NCBI GenBank assembly: GCA_964016885.1
Contig: OZ024761.1
Coordinates: 12,028,001-12,092,000 of the forward strand
Origin: Eledone cirrhosa
Lineage: Eukaryota
DNA length: 64,000 bases
Direction of reading: 5' to 3'
A program made the position numbers and the translations under genes. The notes under the pieces were generated by a model. It was given only the letters and a program-made list of their open reading frames with translations, was not told the origin of the DNA and made no database searches. Positions 58,190 through 64,000 of the stretch are shown in pieces; within the stretch, counting starts at the first letter, position 1, and every line of letters begins with the position of its first letter.

Positions 58190-59630
58190 CACATACATAT
58201 ATATAACTCTACATACACATACAGACATACACATACATACACATACATACACATACATACACAGACATACACATACATACACATACAGACATACACATAC
58301 ATACATACAGACATACACATATACACACAGATATACGCATAGATACACATACAGACATACAGACATACACATACACATAGACATACATATATATACAGAC
58401 ATACACAGACATACACAGACATACACATATATACACATACATACACATACATACATACACATACATAAACATATATACACATACATACACATACATACAC
58501 ATACATACACATATATACACATACATAGACATACATATACATATACAGACATACATACACATATATACACAGACATATACAGACATACAGACATCTACAT
58601 TCATAGACATACATACACACAGACATACACAGACATACACATATATACGCATACATATACAGACACATAGACATACATATACATATACAGACATACATAC
58701 ATACACAGACATACACATTCATAGACATACATACATACACATACATACACATACATACACATAGACATACACATACATACACATGCATACACATACATAC
58801 ACATAGACATACACATACATACACATACATACACATACAAACACATACAAACACATACATACACAGACATACACATACATACACATACATATACATACAT
58901 ACACATACAAACACATACATACACAGACATACATACACATACATACACATACAAACACATACATACACAGACATACACAGACATACACATACATATACAT
59001 ACATACACATACATACACATACATACACATACAAACACATACAAACACATACATACACAGACATACACATACATACACATACATACAGACATACACATAC
59101 ACAACCATACACAGATACAGACATACACATACATACACAGACATACACAAATATACAGACATACACATACATACACAGACATACACAAATATACAGACAT
59201 ACACAACCATACACAACCATACACATATATACAGACATATACATACATACACATACATACAGACATATACATACATACACATACATACACATATACACAC
59301 AAACATATACAACCATGCACATACATACACATATATACACATATATACACAGACATATACAACCATACACATGCATACACATACATACAGACATACATAC
59401 ACATACACATATATACACAGACATATACAACCACATACATACACACACAGACATATACAACCATGCACATACATACACATATATACACATATATACACAG
59501 ACATATACAACCATACACATGCATACACATAAATACAGACATACACATACACACACATACATACACAGACATACACATACACAAACATACACACACATAC
59601 ACATACATACACATACATACACATACATAC
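58190..59630. repeat. (CATA/CA/CAGA)n compound microsatellite
   Basis: Direct reading. Confidence 0.92.
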
Positions 59631-59747
59631 TCGAAGATATAGAAACAGGTGTTTTTTGTTTATTTTTAAAATATATTTTTTATTGAATTCTATATGATTC
59701 AATTGAAGATGGTTTTAGTGTCAATAGCCTCCAGTGTGTATATATTA

Positions 59748-59805
<58 letters not shown>

Positions 59806-59810
<5 letters not shown>

Positions 59811-60138
59811 ATACTTTGGGAGGGTCATGTTGCCAATAAGAAACACACGCACCAGTTGCTTTCACTTCAATTTATTATATATTTATAAATTCATAAATTT
59901 ACAAATCTACAAACTTATAAATTATAAATTTCTGGTTGGTTGGTTGGTTCCACAACCAGATAGTTGTTTATATATATAGTCATAGTCCTTTCGTCACACA
60001 CTCTGTGACCTCTTTAGTGACTGGGGATTCCTTTCTTCTATCCTACGCCAAACAAAATGGCGTAGGATAGAAGAAAGGAATCCCCAGTCACTGAAGAGGT
60101 CACAGAATGTGTGACGAAAGGACTATGACTATATATAT
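59806..60138. mobile_element. Fold-back pLTR remnant (MTLPK family) with an intact hammerhead at 60086-60130(+) and a mutated one at 59978-60022(-)
   Basis: AGTCA-CTGAAGA-G-GTCACA(GAATG)TGTGAC-GAAA-GGAC-TA-TGACT. About 80-bp inverted arms surround a 7-nt loop. The minus arm runs on to ATG ACC CTC CCA AAG TAT AAC. Confidence 0.82.
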
Positions 60139-60150
60139 ATATATATATAT

Positions 60151-60191
60151 AACATAGCTTCATTTCAATAGCCTCCAGTGTGTTTATATTA

Positions 60192-60226
<35 letters not shown>

Positions 60227-60265
60227 CATAGCTTCATTTCAATAGCGTCCAGTGTGTTTATATTA

Positions 60266-60306
<41 letters not shown>

Positions 60307-60345
60307 CATAGCTTCATTTCAATAGCGTCCAGTGTGTTTATATTA

Positions 60346-60377
<32 letters not shown>

Positions 60378-60420
60378 ACATAGCTTCATTTCAATAGCGT
60401 CCAGTGTGTTCATATTAAGG

Positions 60421-60460
<40 letters not shown>

Positions 60461-60500
60461 CATAGCTTCATTTCAATAACGTCCAGTGTGTTCATATTGA
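60151..60500. repeat. About 46-bp unit plus variable (TA)n spacer, 5 tandem copies, with dispersed copies at ~59720, ~60684 and ~60951
   Basis: AACATAGCTTCATTTCAATAGCsTCCAGTGTGTTTATATTAAGACT(AT)n. Confidence 0.88.
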
Positions 60501-60510
60501 AATATATAGA

Positions 60511-60677
60511 CCATATTTGCTGGCATCGAAGACGCTACTTTTTCCCTAAAATAAGTTTCAAAAATCTACCATGTGTCCTGAAGGCCGAAGGTTGTTTATT
60601 ATTTTTTTCAAATTTTTGCTTGTAAAAACTGGGGTGCGTCCTCGAGGGGGACGCGTCTTCGGCACCAGGAAATCTGG
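60511..60677. mobile_element. Tc1/pogo-like MITE
   Basis: About 25-bp imperfect TIRs CCATATTTGCTGGCATCGAAGACGC / GCGTCTTCGGCACCAGGAAATCTGG, with TA at the right flank. Confidence 0.65.
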
Positions 60678-60748
60678 TATGTATAACATAGTTTCGTTTT
60701 AATAGCTTCCAATGTGTTTATATTGAAAGCTATGCATACGTATACAAG

Positions 60749-60955
60749 ATGGTTTCGCCATTGCACTCAGTGCTCCTGTGGGAGCCCCTGCATGGACACA
60801 CTAGAAGAGGGAGACCGACGTTGACCTATGTTGATGCCCTAAGGACAGACACCAGTCTCTTGGAGACGCAGGACATGGCAGCGTTGATGAGGGACAGACA
60901 CCGCTGGAGAGAACTCGTCCATGGATCTCGGGGGAATTTTACCCGCCCTAGATAG
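60749..60955 (+). pseudogene. C-terminal fragment of a second RTE-like LINE family
   Basis: VLLWEP..G..RRGRP..TYVD.L..D.......MRDR..WR is the typical RTE C-terminal signature. Confidence 0.75.
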
Positions 60956-61717
60956 TTTCATCTCTATAGCTTCCAATGTGTTCATATTGAAAACTATATA
61001 TATATATATATATACACTGGAGCTTTGTCACCTCTCCAGTAATATTCCATTTTTACTTCTTCTTCTCCTTCTTCCTCTCCTCCTCCTTTTCCTTCTTCCT
61101 CTCCTCCTCCTCTCTCTCTCTCTCTCTTTCTCTCTCTCCCCATCTGATTCTGGAGACATCTCATATCACAGGTTGTCAGTTTTCTGTCCATTGCAGTATT
61201 TGTTCTGGCTCTTTACACTCTGAGTATATAAGTACCAGTAATGTACTGGGAGTTAATTTAATCCCCCCCCCCCTCCCCACCTTCCCCGCCAAGAATCAGA
61301 AACCATTATTTGATCAAAGTGGAAAAAAACTAAGACATTCTACCAGCAATAATTGAATCTGACACAGTAGAAAACACATACACACACACATACATACATA
61401 CACACATGTACTCTCTCACACACACACACACACATACATGATTGATTGGTGTGGGTGTGTAGGTGTGTGGGGGGGCAGGCAGGTGTGTGGGGGGGGCAGG
61501 TGTGTAGGTGTGGTGATTACAGTGGCTAGTGTTTGTCTACTGGTTGGTGATATTGTGTTTGAACAGTTGGAGATCATCTGGAATCTTGAGGAGACAGAAA
61601 CAGGTCACATCACCTCTCTCTCTCACAATCCTCTCTCTCTTTCTCTCTCTCTTGGTCTCTCTCTCTCTCTCTTTCTTGGTCTCTCTCTCTCCATCTGTGT
61701 GTCTCTCTCTTGATCTG

Positions 61718-61757
<40 letters not shown>

Positions 61758-62615
61758 TGTGTGTCTCTCTCTTGATCTGTGTCTGTCTCTCTCTCTCTCT
61801 TTCTCTCTTACTTGGTCTCTCGCTCTCTCTTGGTCTCTCTTGATCTGTGTCTGTCTCTCTCTCTCTCTTTTTATCTGTGTGTGTGTATCTCTCCCTTTCT
61901 TGGTCTCTCTCTCTCTCTTCATCTGTGTGTGTGTCTCTCTCTCTTTCTTGGTCTCTCTCTCTTCATCTGTGTGTCTCTCTCTCTCTCCATCTGTGTGTGT
62001 CTCTCTCTCTCTTGATCTGTGTCTGTCTCTCTCTCTTTCTTGGTCTCTCTCTCTCTTGGTCTCTCTCTCTCTTTCTCTCTTGATCTGTGTCCGTCTCTTT
62101 CTTTCTTGTTCTGCCTCTCTCTCTCTCTCTCCCCTTGGATTATTGTGCAGCTTGGTGTGTGTGTCTCTATGGTTTGATGTATGTGTGTGTCTGTTCCGCT
62201 GGCTTGGTGTGTGTGTGTTTGTGCATGTCTCTCTCTCTGGATTTAGTGAGACTTGGTCTCTCTCTCTCTCTGGCATTATGTGTATGTGTGTATGTATATG
62301 TATGTATGTGTTTGCATATGTATGTGTGTGTCCACTCCTCTAACTCTGTTGTCTCTCTCTCTCTCTCTCTCTCTCTCTGGCTTGAAGGAGACAAGATTCT
62401 ATCAGAAATTCTTTTGTTTAGCCATCTGTCTAAAGAGAGGTAAAGTTACAGAGTGTACTGGTGTGAGTGTGTGTGTGTACTTATGTGTGAGTGTGTGTGT
62501 GTATATATATATGTGTATATATGTATATATATATATGTGTATGTATATATGTATATATATATATATATATATACATATATATGATGATGATATGTGTGTA
62601 TATATATATACACAC

Positions 62616-62653
<38 letters not shown>

Positions 62654-62697
62654 GTATATGTATATATATATATATATATACACATATATATATGTAT

Positions 62698-63410
62698 ATC
62701 ATCATCATCATCATCCATCTTACAAGCTAGCGTAGGTTAGACGGGAGTTGTCCCACTTGAGGCAAGGTTGGTCGGGTGACCATGTCTCGCTCATATAGGA
62801 CTATCTGGTAGGTTTTCTATGGCTGGATGCCCTTCCTAACACCAACCACGTTTACAGTGTGGACTGGGAGGTTTTTACCGTGTTACCTACACGGCCACAT
62901 TACAGCGTGGACTGTGTTTTTTTCTCGTGACACCTACACAATCTCGATCTCATTATCTCATTTATCTCATTTATTTGGACTGGATGTTGTGTTACCAACT
63001 TTACAGAGAGAGGGTGGTGTTGGTGGGAGTGGGAGGATAGAGTAGGGGTAGTGGATTGTGGTGTATATTTGGTTAAGAGGTGCCTACTGACTGTAGCTTT
63101 CGCTTTGTACATAGGCAAGGCGGGTTTCTGTATTACCGCGTAGCGCCAAAGATCTCGGTCCAGTGACATTGTCTTAGAGAGGTGCAAGTGTTTAAGGTCG
63201 GAATTTATCAAGTCGTCCCAGGTTTTTCTGGGTCTACCTACTCCGTAACTACCATCAATTTTGATCGCCCTGCACTTTTTTATACAGCTGTCGTCTTTCA
63301 TGCGCATCACGTGACCATACCAATGTAGTCTTCTCTCAAGTAAACAGCATCTGATCCCTCTTATTCCTAATTTCTCACTTAGTTCATTTATGCTTTGCTG
63401 TTCACGTATA
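62698..63410 (-). mobile_element. RTE 3' fragment (diverged subfamily)
   Basis: IREQQSINEL...RRLHWYGHVMRM...GRPRKTW...DRDLWR plus the 3'UTR and (GAT)n. Confidence 0.9.
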
Positions 63411-63412
63411 TG

Positions 63413-63487
<75 letters not shown>

Positions 63488-63493
<6 letters not shown>

Positions 63494-63727
63494 ATATTAA
63501 CAAATGGAAACTATATTTATAAAACCATATTTATTTTATTATATATATTTCAAGGGCAACCTTAACGGTTGTCTTTTTTCAGGGTATGTCAATATTTATT
63601 TATAAAACAAATCTGTATTTTATCAGATGAAAGCGCACCATAATTTGCCTTGGTGGCCCTTGAAATATGTATAATAAAATAAATATGGTTTTATAAATAT
63701 AGTTTCCATTTGTTAATATATTGTATA
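63488..63727. mobile_element. Fold-back pLTR remnant with a hammerhead motif at 63616-63681(+), core CAGATGA
   Basis: Stem I TATTTTAT/ATAAAATA, stem II AAG/CTT plus CACCA/TGGTG, GAAA-TATGTA-TA. 63488-63556 is the inverted arm. Confidence 0.68.
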
Positions 63728-63827
63728 TTTACTCCACTTACCTGTTGAGTGCTTTATATCAGTTATAAAAATGTTTAAGCTTGTTGAATCCCAACAAATG
63801 AAATATAACCTCTGCATATATATATAT

Positions 63828-64000
63828 ATTTCGTTTCTGAATTTGTTTAGCAAGATTCTTTATCTGAAAACGTGTGTTGAAACCAATATTGTTATGCTTT
63901 GGGAGGGTCATGTTGCCAATAAGAAACACACGCACCAGTTGCTTTCACTCCAATTTATTATAAATTAAATTTATAAATTCCGATAAAATTCCGGTTGGTT
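63828..64000 (-). mobile_element. PLE pLTR end with ORF start MTLPKHNNIGFNTRFQIKNLAKQIQKR
   Basis: ATG at 63911(-). Homologous to the other MTLPK starts. Ends in (TA)n. Confidence 0.72.

Noticed and set aside
62391-62442. Possible small host exons (here, 36168-36238 minus, and 61564-61602)
   Set aside because: Only splice-like dinucleotides, with no recognisable protein similarity or consistent gene model. RNA-seq would be needed.

Overview
This is a eukaryotic, extremely microsatellite-rich window in which I found no host gene. The SINE families, RTE tails and (TA)n density suggest a cephalopod (octopod-like) genome, which is an inference. Bases 1-9824 are a 27-bp satellite. The rest is mainly retroelements inserted in (TA)n. 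(i) A very young 13.9-kb giant inverted array of a Penelope-like element (PLE; Hydra-type RT plus C-terminal GIY-YIG, 3599-bp unit, three intact 773-aa ORFs) has both 3' ends pointing outward, and each unit carries a hammerhead ribozyme (HHR) with an unusual branched stem II. (ii) A second PLE has a 1077-aa ORF with an Asn-rich insert. (iii) An RTE LINE has APE and RT domains, a PHD finger inside the RT and one premature stop. (iv) There are many SINEs and MITEs. (v) About 25 HHR motifs from roughly ten PLE pLTR families occur, mostly as small fold-back remnants in (TA)n. Most ORFs in the supplied track are translations of simple repeats.
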